DNA of 64,000 nt. Source: Marsupella aquatica (Eukaryota > Plantae > Marchantiophyta). Both the position numbers and the translations under genes were made by a program. Positions 11,401 through 22,300 of the stretch are shown one piece after another. The stretch's first letter is position 1. Each line of letters starts with the position of its first letter. The notes beneath the pieces were generated by a model, which saw only the letters and a list, made by a program, of their open reading frames with translations, was not told where the DNA came from and did not search any database. The stretch is from positions 27,662,210 to 27,726,209 of the forward strand of contig OZ316893.1 of NCBI GenBank assembly GCA_973895155.1, given 5' to 3'.

Positions 11401-12684
11401 AAGTCTCCCCAAGGTGGCAGGAGGCCCCCCAAGAAGCAGGAGCGAGTTAGGAAGAGGGCGTGGCAGGCCAGGGGCGGCAGGGCATTAATGTACGGGTGGC
11501 CCCAGGGCCGGCAGGTGTCCGCGCTTCATTTGCCATATTTTTTCCGTATTTCAGTCCGTGTCTGAGCCCATTTCGCCATATTTGGACACTGTTTACCTTA
11601 TTTGGCCGTATTTTCATATTTCTGCCGTATTTTTCCGTCATTTGGGTTGTTTCCGCGCAATTGCCGCAGCGGGAAACTTCTAGGAAGCTTCCTTTGTACC
11701 TGTTACAGCAGAAAATCCGAGAGTTGATTTATGCACTTGGCTCGGCACCATTGTGACCCCCCCCCCCCCCCGGTGGTTGCGACACCATAGCTCGATCATC
11801 TGGAGTCCATTTTGATCATCAATTACAGGGTTGGATGCGGTGGCTCGGGCTACGAGAATCAGTTGTCTGAATACGATTCTGACACATTTTATTTTTTGGC
11901 CATTTTTTAGGTGGTCTTGTTGCATTCGTTGGCAGTAGTTGCTGCCAAGTGATTGTTGTGCCGCAGGAGTGCCACAGCTTGCTGCATAGCCAAACTGGAG
12001 ACAAGAGTGACTCGCACTGGTGCCCAATTTTGACCCTTAGAAGCAAAAGGAGACATTGTGTTAGTTGGGAGCGGCACTGGCATAGACCCTGGCGTGGAGG
12101 AGGCGACGCGATTACTGTCCTGGTTGTCATTGTATTCGCGTATTAGTCCCTACAATTGGGACATGGAGCATTCCATGGATAGTCGGATTTGGAGGTTTTC
12201 GGGAGATGTTGGCACCATGGAGTTGCCACATTTCATTATGGAGTTTGAGCGGTGGTGTGATCAATAGAAGTTGCGCAGCACGTCATTCTCCCCTTTCATG
12301 GCATGGCGAGCATTGTTCCAGCACTTGGAGGGGTCACCCATGCATGACTATGAGGAGTTCCAGACGCAAGTGGTCTCCAGACTACGTCTCACTCACAGGT
12401 GACGACGTGTTCTCTCGCATGTCCTCAAAGGAGGAAGAGGGTGCTAGCAGCTCTAGCACATCATTGCCAATACCTAGGTTCAACCCGTTGGTGGAGTTCT
12501 TCAAGGTGTTGAAGAAGAATTACCAAGGTGTTCGCGTGGACAAGTTGTTGAGCCTCCAGACATTCAACAGGATGGAGGGTGAGAATTTGTGCAAGGCATA
12601 CACGCGTATGAGGCGGTTGATCAGTACCACAGAGGGAATTATTGATGCCTAGGCTATCTAGATTTGGTACCAGGCCCTGGATAA

Positions 12685-13039
12685 TATTGAGCATAGATGA
12701 CACTCGCAACGGTAAGCACATGACACATCCAACGCATAAGTAGTCGACACAAGAGATACGTGGTTCACCTCCTTGAGGCTACGTCCACGGGAACACACAA
12801 GAGAGCTTTACTGAACTCTAAGCCCGTCGGCTAAACCAAGTCTCCACAGTGTAAGCTCTCCTCATCTCTCAAGTGGCTCCATAACAATGAGCCTAAGTTC
12901 CACTTATCCAAGCAAACACCGCTTGGCATATAGTGTGCATCCTAGTTAATCTAACCACATCTCCGACTACGGTTAGTCTAACTACGGTTACATGTCGTAA
13001 CCCTAGACCTTGCGGGAGACCTTGAGTAAATACCTAATA
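12685..13039 (-). mobile_element. Solo LTR (copia-like, 355 bp) inserted in gypsy gag, 5-bp TSD GATAA
   Basis: GATAA at 12680-12684 and 13040-13044. Termini are TATT…AATA. The internal tacgtggttca…ctacgtccacggg motif is typical of antisense copia LTRs. gag-like coding resumes after it. Confidence 0.85.
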
Positions 13040-13651
13040 GATAAGGGTTCGGTTTTGGGTATTGGCCACTAATGAGAAGCTGTCAGTGGAGAAGGTTTTC
13101 CTGCTTTCTGATACCATTGACATGAACCGGTCAGAGGAGAAGGTTGCACGACCCTTGGATTTGGCAAGAAGTCCCCTAGAGGAAGTGCTGCTAGTATCTG
13201 GTGGGCAGAAACCACATTGATTGGGAAGTGTGCCAGGGCGGGCACAACCCAATGCTCCGGATGGTGCTGTTGTTGGTGGTAGGAGAGCAGTAGCACCCCA
13301 ATGTCCCTTTTAGCCTTCTTATGCCACTCAAGTGGAGTGCTGAAGCTGTAAGGGACCTAACCAGCGTGACTGCCCTAGCAGGAAAGGTCCACCACATGTG
13401 TGCAGAGCAGGGAGGAGCATCCCTAGACAGCCTGATCTTAGGCGTTGTGACCATTACCACAGAGATGGGCATACTATTGAGAGATGTTTTGAGCTGCATC
13501 CCGAGATGCGGTTTGGTGCTACGCGTAGGGGAGTTGCTCCTAGAGGTCGTGGAGGCCCCCACCCTGGTCATGGAGATGACAGGGTAGTCCCCGCAGCCGA
13601 TGCATAGACCACTGATCCAGCAGCAGCCACCAGGATCCAAGTGGTGGAGCT

Positions 13652-15011
13652 CGTCACCTAGCGCCCTCACCAATCCCGACACCCATGCCTAAGTGCCCTT
13701 GGTGCTCCAAATGCCTCCACGGAATACCTCGAGCAAGCACCTTGGTGTCCCTTGCACCACCCGCGGCCACTTTCATACGAAGCCGCACTTGCTCTCCAAC
13801 TCGACCGCTACTCAACGGTCCTCACAGTCTGCACAAACAACCAAGCACCGCGGTAAGTAACCCTTCAGGATCTAGAACCCCCCAAGTCTAGCATCCTAAC
13901 TCAAGCTCAACAGACATTGGTAAATAGATCAACGATAGGTACTCCCGACGCCATAAGCTGGAACCATAACCCATGCCCACTGTTCCTCCAGAACAACTCC
14001 TTCCTTGGGCACGGCTTGAGTTCCCCCTTGTACCTATCCATCACCAACTGACCGCCCTGACCTCAGGACATGCTCATGGCCCAAATAGCGTAGCTTGTCC
14101 CAACACGTCGGGACCATAATAGCCCCGACTCTGGCAACAAACTCCCAGTTTGCCCCACTAATGGTCTAGGGGCCAAGCACCCTTGGAACTCATCCTCCAC
14201 GCCTACTTGGCCTTGCCTCTCCAACGAAGCTCTCTTGGGAGACTGAACGCGGCTTGGCTGCTATTTTTGCAGGATTTGGCAAGCAAGCGAGATAACACCT
14301 GCAAACCCGAGAACCCATGGCGCCCCCAGACCTAGCTAATCTCAGGAAGACGTGGCCCTCCTTGAGAGCCCTGTTGGGAAGATATCGTCATTTCCATTTG
14401 GCAGTTTTCCTTAGTGTTGCGACCGCCGTGGCTCACGACTTTGGCTCACCCTTTGCCCCCAGGGAGACACCACTCCCCTCATATATGCTTCTGGAGACCT
14501 ATCACCCCCGGACCAGCTTTGGTCCCTAAACTTTTGGCCCCCAAACCGGACCCTATCTCGCATAATGGACTTTCTCGTTAGGCGTTCGCAAGCGGAGTGC
14601 CTTAGCCCATTGTGATTGGGCCGACCCAGTGCTCATGCCTAGGCCCTCATCGCCGCTTGGGGTCCTCGATCGGTCAAACCCGGATCGGGCCGTGACTCAC
14701 GCCCCAAGCGTTCGTTGCCCATGGCATCAACTCCATTGGCCTTGGGCCCAAGAGGAGCTCACACTCAAGCTCTCAAAACTCAAAGTCCGTTCGGGGTCCG
14801 GACAATCAACCTTGAGCTCGGCCCCTTTCCCCTTGACCCGACCAGCTCTCAGCTAGCCTAAGTCCTTAAAGTGTGTGACCACCAGCTTGGCGCCTTGCCT
14901 TTGCAAGTGCCACGTCTCATTGCCCGCAAGTCTCCCCATGCTAAGTCCTCCTCGGATGGCCTATCTGGGCCTGGACCATAAGGGAGCTCGGCGTCGGAGT
15001 CAGCAACGCCG
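13652..15011. mobile_element. 1.36-kb nested insertion, probably a solo LTR, TSD GAGCT
   Basis: GAGCT at 13647-13651 and 15012-15016 (GGAGCT also matches over 6 bp). The insert is C-rich and non-coding, starts cgtcacc (tgtcac-like) and interrupts the gypsy gag-PR linker. Confidence 0.7.
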
Positions 15012-16510
15012 GAGCTAAGTGTTAAGGTATTCGAGTTCTATGACTATCCAGGAGTTGGATAAACAGTTGGCAGCAGCCAATTTGGCGTTGCGGGCCCCTA
15101 GCAAAGGTGAGGCCTCTAGTTCCCGCACCATGGATAGTTCACAAATTGCTCCTGGATTCAGCGACTTGGATTACATGTGCGGTGTTGCACAATTAGACAG
15201 TGGTGCAGCTATCACTAGAGCAGTGGCTAGGGTTGCTGAGCCACAAGGTGTTGCCGTGGAGTTGGATCCACAACGAGAGGAGGCCAGTCGTCAATAGAGA
15301 TTACCAAAGAGTTTTACATTGATGGATGTTGCACGGACTTCTACTCTGGCACCCATTGCTGATAGCAGTGGACCTTTTGTCCACTCTTGTGGCCACGTGG
15401 AGCCACCCAGCATTGATCTTGACACGGTAACTAACCCAGTGTTTGGGGCGGCTAGAGCCTTGCATTGTGTCAGGTTCCATTGTTTTCTTGTGCTCAATTA
15501 TCTTCCCTTGGAGTTCCTGTTGCAGATGTGTTGCGCCAGGCAGCTGCATTGTATGATACTGGAGCAATTTTGGCATCTAGCTGTGACATAGCTGGTCCAC
15601 AGGTTGGCCCAGATGGTGCAAAGTCCCACCATTCTTTATTGATAGATGCTGAGACTTCTTGGCAGGCTTCTACCGCTTGATTGAGTGAGCTCCCTGCCAG
15701 ACCAGCCATTGATCAGAGTATTGTGACTCCCGGTGTGGTTGTGGTGGACAACCGTGCTGGTGTTTTTACATTGGTTGGCCCTAGTGGCATGGTGTATTGC
15801 CACCCCGTGTATTGTTGGATTCAGGTGCACAGTCTCTCATGCTGGGGAAAGCAACTGTCCAGGGCTTGCGCTTGAAGAAGGCTGAGGTGGACCCTTGCCC
15901 ATTTTAGATTCATACATCTCTTGGTGTCCAAGAGAAGGCACAGCACATGATGTGAGACAACCTCACTATGAGGTTAAATCCCCACCGCACTGGAGATGAT
16001 TTTGCCTTGAAGGTGAGAGTCGTTGTCACACCTGCAGAGTCAGAAGGGGGTGTCGTACTTTACCCTATGGGCTTTGTGTTGGATTACTGGCAAGAGATTG
16101 TTCACTATCAACCAGAATGGCAGTCTGGTGATGGTAGGAAGAGTGAGCTACCAGTGCACTACTTCCTGCATTGGACTGAGCCGTCATCGGAGAAGGTGAT
16201 TAGTTTGTCAGCTTGCGCTGGAGCTATCACCTGGCCAAGCAATCTCTTGGAGGGTAATGCCCATGCTACAGACATTCCCGTAGCCGAGGAGTTTCCCAGC
16301 TCCTCAGGTAATCACCACATTCCTGTTGTACCATAGGTATGGGGTTCCACTCCTAAGTTACAGCAGCATGTTGATTCCTATGTACAGGCAGCATGGAGTG
16401 AACCATTTGCCCCTTTAGAAGGGCCACGCGTGATGGATGACATTCCCAGTTTGGTCACTATGTCCCCGTTGGACACCACCCCCATTTTGTGGACATATCC
16501 TGCCGAGGGT

Positions 16511-17440
16511 ATTTTCTTGTTGGAGTTGTTTGGTGGCATGAGCACTGGTTTAGCTGCTATTTTATATGCTGGTATTAGAGTGCAGTAGTATCTCTATGTG
16601 GAGCAAGATGACACAGCCCAACGTGTCTCACTACGTCATGTTGCTCAGTTGCATCAGCAGTTGCCTGATTTGTTACCCCTATCAGCTATCAGAGGTTATC
16701 ATCACTCTTTGCCAATAGACATCTCACTTTTGGGGGCGCTGAATTTAGTACGCGTTGGTGAGATTCACCTCATGATTGCTGGTTGGCCATGCCAGGGCCA
16801 TTCCTCTGCTGGGACAGAATCTGGTCTCAAAGACCATTGTTCTCACATGTTTTGGGAGATGTTGTGTGTGATGAGGTTTTTGCAGGAGCAGCAGCATGTC
16901 TCTCCCGCCTACATTCTGGAGAATGTTCCCTTGTTGGGTGATACTAGGTCACAGATGGTGGCTAGTATGCACCAAGTGAGGTCCTGGTTAGGACCTGCTA
17001 TTTTTTAGGTGCTGCTAGTGTCGGATCGATGGCACATCATCCACAATTATGGTGGACCAACTTGATGTCACCTGAGGTTTTGCAAAGGGCATATCAGCAC
17101 ATTGTGCGGCCTGTTGGGCTCACCGTGGACCATATTTTGGATGTTGGACGTCATGCACAGTTGGTGCGCCACAATGATCGCTCCCCATTAGCAGTGGTGA
17201 ACCGGGTTGGTTAGCCACGTGTAGCACTACCCACTTTGGTGAGTTTTCCCTCATCGTATGCTTATCGTAATGGTGGACCGGGGTTAAATTGGGATTCCCA
17301 GCATAGCGAGCTGACGGAACCTATTGCTGATGAGCGTGAGCGTGCTATGGGATTTCAGACTCGCCCCACAACAGTACCCTCAATGACTAAAGTAGGACGC
17401 CGTATATTTTGGGTCAGGCTATGGATCTTAATTATTTGAC
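16511..17440 (+). pseudogene. DNMT3-like C5-cytosine DNA methyltransferase domain within gypsy pol
   Basis: Motif I LLELFGGMSTG (16517-16549); II YLYVE; III DIS; IV IAGWPCQGHS (catalytic PC 16787-16792); V GLKDHCSHMF; VI YILENV (ENV 16919-16927); VIII GSMAHHPQLWWTNL (~17023-17064); IX EPIADERERAMGF; X LGQAMDLNYL (~17409-17438). Stops at 16586 and 17212, frameshifts near 17005 and 17408. Confidence 0.92.
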
Positions 17441-17803
17441 TTAGATTGTGAGCTTAGCCTTGGCACAGCAGCGCCGATTACAATCTTCTATAACACCTCA
17501 ACATGGATGCTCTTCCTCTATTGGGTCCTTAGAGATCAAAGCAGGGGGCGACAGTGCCACAAATTGTCATCCCTAGACTTCATGGGGAATCAGTGGAGAG
17601 GCCAATGGGCTTTCTTTTTTGCAGTAGCATGGTATTGCTGCTCCTGGGGTTGCAGCATAGCAACCACAGTCGGCGTTCTCTGCACCTTCTGCCAAGGCTA
17701 CATTGACAGTTGGAAGCCAACTATTGGCCCCAAGATCACTGGAGGTGAGAGATGACGTGTACAAAAGTTTCTACGGAGTTATGGAAGTTGTTTTGCTTTC
17801 AGC

Positions 17804-18450
17804 ATGCAAGATTTGGGCATGTTAAAGGGACCAGGCATTCGGATAGATTTGGCAGTTGATGCGCCCATCTTTCGGAGACCATATCGATATTCAGATATAG
17901 AGAGGGCACTGATTCAGACAAGGTGCCAGGATTTGTTGGCAGCAGGACTTGTGAAGAAGTCATTTGGTGAGTACACTTCTACCACTGTGATGCCAGCAAA
18001 GAAGGATATGCATGGCAATTGGATTGACAGAAGGATGTGTGGAGATTATCGTCCAATTAATTGGCAGACTAAGTCTGACAGGTATGCCATGCCCACACCG
18101 GTGGAAATATTTGATGTCATTGGGCATGCAAGAGTGTTTAGCACATTGGATCTCAAAGCTAGATATCACTAGCTGCCTATCAGGATTGGTGACAGGCAGA
18201 AGATAGCATTCTGGGGGATTGATGCTCATGGGAAGGAATGATATGTTGTATCAGTGGCTATTCTTACAGTTTGGATTGAAGAATGCGCCAGCTGAGTTTC
18301 AGAGGGTCATGGATTGGATTTTGGCAGACTTGGATTTTGCCAAATGTTATATCGATGATATTATTGTCTATAGTGACACCAGTTATGGAGGAGCATGTTG
18401 TACATTTGCAGCAGGTGTTTGAGTGGCTGAGAGAGCATGGATTGAAGCTA
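17804..18450 (+). pseudogene. Ty3/gypsy reverse transcriptase (truncated)
   Basis: ORFs 17804-18172 and 18219-18422. YIDD at ~18348-18359. Confidence 0.93.
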
Positions 18451-18919
18451 CCTGGTCACTGAAGCTTCAATCCTGATGTAAGTGGATTTTGAGGTCTTGC
18501 ATAGACCTGGTCACTTACATCAGGATGCTGATGGATTGAGTTGCAATCCCTGCCCGAGCCAGAGGGATTTGACAAGAGCACGTTGGCATGATGAGGCAGA
18601 CGAGAAGATGGTGTCAGGTTGGCATGCTTCTGCTTATTTGTGCTTGTTGCACAGTGTGGATGGTCTTGGTGCAGTGGCATCTTTGGAGAGGCCCAATGCA
18701 GACTTTGTGGATCCAAAGATTTCTAGTGAGGAGTCTGCAGAACATGATATTCATGATGATGCAGATGTTGTGATGTATCTGCGCACGAGCAACATGCCAA
18801 ACAGGGTAACTGCCAAGGAGAGAGATCGGATCCTACAACGAGCTAAGAGGTTCAGATGGGAAGGATCTCACTTGTTGAGAGTTTCGGATGATCGTAGAGT
18901 GCGGTTGGTACCTCCTTTA

Positions 18920-20040
18920 TCCCAACGTGCACAATTGGTGCGACATGCTCGTGAAGAGCTTGGACATTTTGGAGTGAAGCGGACATACAGCTTACTCCAG
19001 ACTTAGTATTGGTGGCGTGGAATGCATGTTGAGGTGCAGCAGTTTGTGGCGCGGTGTACTATGTGTGATAGAGTAAGAGCATCATTTAATGCTCCTACCC
19101 TGCAACTGCATCCCTTGCCAATCATGGGTTTGGGATATCGTTAACTTAGTTTAGATTTTGCTGGACCCATACCACTGACTAGACGTCACAACCATTATGC
19201 CTTAGTGATGGTGGAGCACTTTTCTAAATGGATTGAGTTGGTTGCATTGCCAGATAAAGGTAGTGAAGGAGTTGCCTATGCCTTTTTGGACCGTGTATTG
19301 AGCCATTTTGGTGCTCCTACTGAGGTTTTGACTGACCAAGGGATTAAGTTTCATGGAGATTTTGAGGCCTTGTATGATCAAGCATTGATTGATCACCGTA
19401 CGATGTCTAGGGATCATCCGGAGGCAGATGGATTGGCAGAGAGAGTTGTCCAAACAATGAAGAGAGGATTACGGAAGTATGGCTTGCAGAAAGGTCACGT
19501 GAGTGATTGGGATATCCAACTGCCCTGGTTGGCAATGGGATATCGCTGCAGTAGGCAAGCATTGCTTGGCTGCATCCTTTTCCCTCGCCTTGTTCCCATA
19601 TTTGCTGCTCTATGGTAGGGAACCAGTGTTACCAGCAGCCATTCGATGGGAAGTTGGTGAAGTGTTGCAGTTGGATGACCCTGACATGTGGATGCGAGCT
19701 TGTTCTCAACGGGCAGACTTATTTCGGAGAGTGATACCCATGGCGTTTGAGAACTTAGCTATTGCGCAGCATCGGGATACTTTGAGGTATGTCACTATTT
19801 GGGGAGGAGGATATCGCACTAGCGTCAGGCGATTTCATTATGGGGACTATGTGTATCTGCAACAAACAGCACCTACTACTTTGAATGTCACTGCCGGACG
19901 TACTATTATACGAGTGCAAAAGGTTTGTCATCAGGCATTCTGGTTGAGATTCTGGTTCTACAAGGTTGTGATGGTATGGTTTGGAAGGATCATGTGCGCA
20001 ACTGTGCACCTTATCACCTTCCAAACATTGATGATAGCAT
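18920..20040 (+). pseudogene. Ty3/gypsy integrase (HHCC zinc finger, DDE core, C-terminal region)
   Basis: LVRHAREELGHFGVKRTY…YWWRGM…CTMCDR; SLDFAGPLP; HFSKWIELVALP; FGAPTEVLTDQG; HPEADGLAERVVQTMK; PYLLLYGREP. Confidence 0.93.
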
Positions 20041-20077
20041 AGATCCTAGTCTAGCACTGACACTTGCAGGCTTACGG

Positions 20078-20212
20078 TGTATGTTGTGTGGATCCGCTCG
20101 TGGAGCTGCAACCATGTTGATTTGTGATGGTTGCTCAAGAGGTTGGCACTTGGCGTGTTTGATGCCACCTCTTGATTCAATCCCTGAAGGACGGTGGTTG
20201 TATTGTAGATAG
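20078..20212 (+). other. PHD finger at the C-terminus of the integrase
   Basis: CMLCGSARGAATMLICDGCSRGWHLACLMPPLDSIPEGRWLYCR* fits the C4-H-C3 PHD pattern with CL.PPL..IP.G.W. The last cysteine pair is degenerate. Confidence 0.9.
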
Positions 20213-20318
20213 AAATTGGCTTTAGTTAGCATAAAACTTATTAGGTAGTATAGATTGCAGGCAGACGATTAACGATGGGGCTCCTTTGCACCCGGCCTCT
20301 TGATCTGTGCACCCAAAA

Positions 20319-20500
20319 GCTTGGGGGTCTCACTATATGGGGACCTCCCCATCACCTACAATGTTTTTAGGCCTCGGACCCCCTAAAATGTAAGAAAATT
20401 AATTATTTTTTAACCCCTATAAAGTTGGAATATTCTTGGAATATTCCAAAATTTGGATTAAAAAGACCCTAATATTCTTATAAGTCACAAAATTGAATTT
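20319..20500 (+). repeat. Non-autonomous repeat homologous to 45445-45936 (inverted)
   Basis: Shared blocks gcttgggggtctcact, catcacct, ccctaaaatgtaa and ataaagttg.aatatt…ccaaaattt.gattaaaaa.accctaat.ttctta.aag. Confidence 0.75.
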
Positions 20501-20571
20501 AAAGGACCCTATTATTCTTCTACAAAAATTCTTAAGTCTTCCCTTAGAACCAATAAAACGACCCTATCCTT

Positions 20572-21284
20572 TGTCGCACGTGATATGCCATTTTTGTGAA
20601 AGTGAAACCCCCGAGCCCAAAAGGTGTATACTTCCTTTTAGTTTTAGGGCTAGCTGTAGTTAGCGGGACCTAACCACTAGCTAGGGGGCGGTTATGGATT
20701 TTGGCGTACATGTGTTGTGTGTCGTGTGATTATCTTTTTCTTGTTTACATGGTGTGCCGCGATGTGAGTTGTGTATGGATGTGAGACTGTCCGCACGATA
20801 GCTGTCACCCCATGTTGCATTTGGGTTGCAACTTTGTTGGTTGCACATGTGTTGTGAGTTTGGGAGGGTGACCTAGTATAGCAGGTCACCTGGTAGGGGT
20901 GACCTCTTCGCCCAAGTTACCATGTCTTTGTGCCATGGGGGTATACCTTAGAGAATGAGGGATTAGCTCCTCATTCTTCCAAGTTGAGCCTCCCGACACT
21001 AGTAGAGCTCATGTGAGTGTGGCTATGGTGAGAGAGAGAGATTGTATGTCGGTTGGCATGTAGAGCGACATTAGCAGGGTTCTGCTATGTGTATAGACTT
21101 TAAGTCCCGCATGGCTAGCGGGTGAGTTTGGCTCGACTTAGTGATACCTTGCAGCGGCGTCCCATTTTGCAAGAGATTGTTATGGATTTTGGCGTACATG
21201 TGTTGTGTGTTGTGTGATTATCTTTTTCTTGTTTACATGGTGTGTCGCGATGTGACTTGTGTATGGATGTGTGTCCGCACGACA
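20572..21284 (+). mobile_element. LTR-like or TRIM-like segment with TGTCG…CGACA ends and an internal ~105-bp direct repeat
   Basis: 5-bp inverted termini. ttatggattttggcgtacatgtg…gtccgcacga at 20692-20798 and 21180-21282. No TSD (tcctt vs catta). Confidence 0.55.
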
Positions 21285-21339
21285 CATTACATCTGGGGAT
21301 TTTGGACTCAAAGACGACTCATCATGACCCAATGGCAAT

Positions 21340-22300
21340 TTGCATAGGACACCTCCTCTCCTAGGCGGACCTTTCAGGTGAACAATGGTTATCTTCACAC
21401 CTGTGAGAATTTTGCCCCTCCCATAGAGGCTACCCTGCATAGGGTACTGGTCCGGGTCCACGGCGCTGATGCTGCTCAGAGCTTCAAATTGGATGGCCCA
21501 TCGGCTTTCTGGCACCCTTGCTCCAATATGAGTGGAAGGATGGTCTTCCGTTTCTCGACACAAATACTGCCCACCTATGAACTATACAAGGGTGCTCCTC
21601 AAGGTTTCACAAGGCAATTCATAAGTGGGCAATTCGGCTAAATTGGACTCCTAGTTCCTGTCTCCTATGGTCCTCCACCTGGCTCACTTTTCACACAGCT
21701 AGGGAAAACTGCTTCCTGTGGCAGTTAATTTACCGAATCCTTGCCACATAGCACTGGCGCTTCCCGCTTCTACCACCAAGCAATCCCTCCACCTGGTGCA
21801 CTCGATGAGGACAGAACTACCAAGAGGACCTCGTCCTCTGCATTTGGGGTTGCAGTATTTCGCATTTGGTTTGGACATTGGTCCAATCCATTCTTCAGCA
21901 GTGTGCATTCTCCAACAGGTACAGGATCAAGCTACAACCGGCCCACATCTTTGTGGGGGTGGCCTTACCGGATGAGTGGGATGTGCCTGTAAGGTTGTGG
22001 CATCTAATCAGAGCAGTCATCTGTTGGAACATTTGGAAGGATCGATGTGTACACTTTATCGAACACACACAGCCCAATCCACATGGAGTCATCCGGAAAT
22101 CATGGCACCGTCTTGGTGTCTATCTACGTGAGATTGGGCCAGACACAGAGCCAGGATTAGGAAAGGGAGGATCACTTACGGCGACACCCATCATGCAATG
22201 TCAATGGCCTACGGTAACTTGGATGGCCTCTTGCAGATTCACGAAGAGTTATCCAAGTCCAGAGAGTCCCACCAAGACCACCTTGATTCCCCTTGTATGC
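21340..22300 (+). mobile_element. LINE (L1-like) ORF2 3' remnant, zf-RVT region
   Basis: CTR…EDLVLCIWGC…VWTLVQ followed by RLWHLIRAVICWNIWKDRC, the W…W.IW..R signature of plant LINE ORF2 C-termini. Confidence 0.7.

Larger units (their letters stand above)
12163..20212 (+). mobile_element. Degenerate Ty3/gypsy LTR retrotransposon with gag-PR-DNMT-RT-(RH)-IN-PHD architecture
   Basis: gag (FIMEFERWCDQ…AWRALFQHLEG…AYTRMRRLI), zinc knuckle CDHYHRDGHTIERC (~13446-13487), protease LLDSGA (~15812-15829), methyltransferase (16511-17440), RT (RRPYRYS…RMCGDYRPIN…FSTLDL…FGLKNAPAEFQRVMD…YIDD), RNase H C-terminus (DFEVLHRPG…DADGLS), integrase (GHFG…CTMC; SLDFAG / LTDQG / LAERVV) and PHD. Many stops and frameshifts. 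LTRs not identified. Confidence 0.93.

Noticed and set aside
11750-12060. 5' LTR and PBS of the DNMT-gypsy element
   Set aside because: TGGTGCC at ~12018 is PBS-like, but no matching downstream LTR could be found.
16511-17440. Methyltransferase as a host DNMT3/DRM gene or bacterial contamination
   Set aside because: It has no introns, is collinear and co-oriented between gypsy protease and RT, and shows the same decay pattern as the rest of pol. The surrounding window is clearly plant nuclear DNA.
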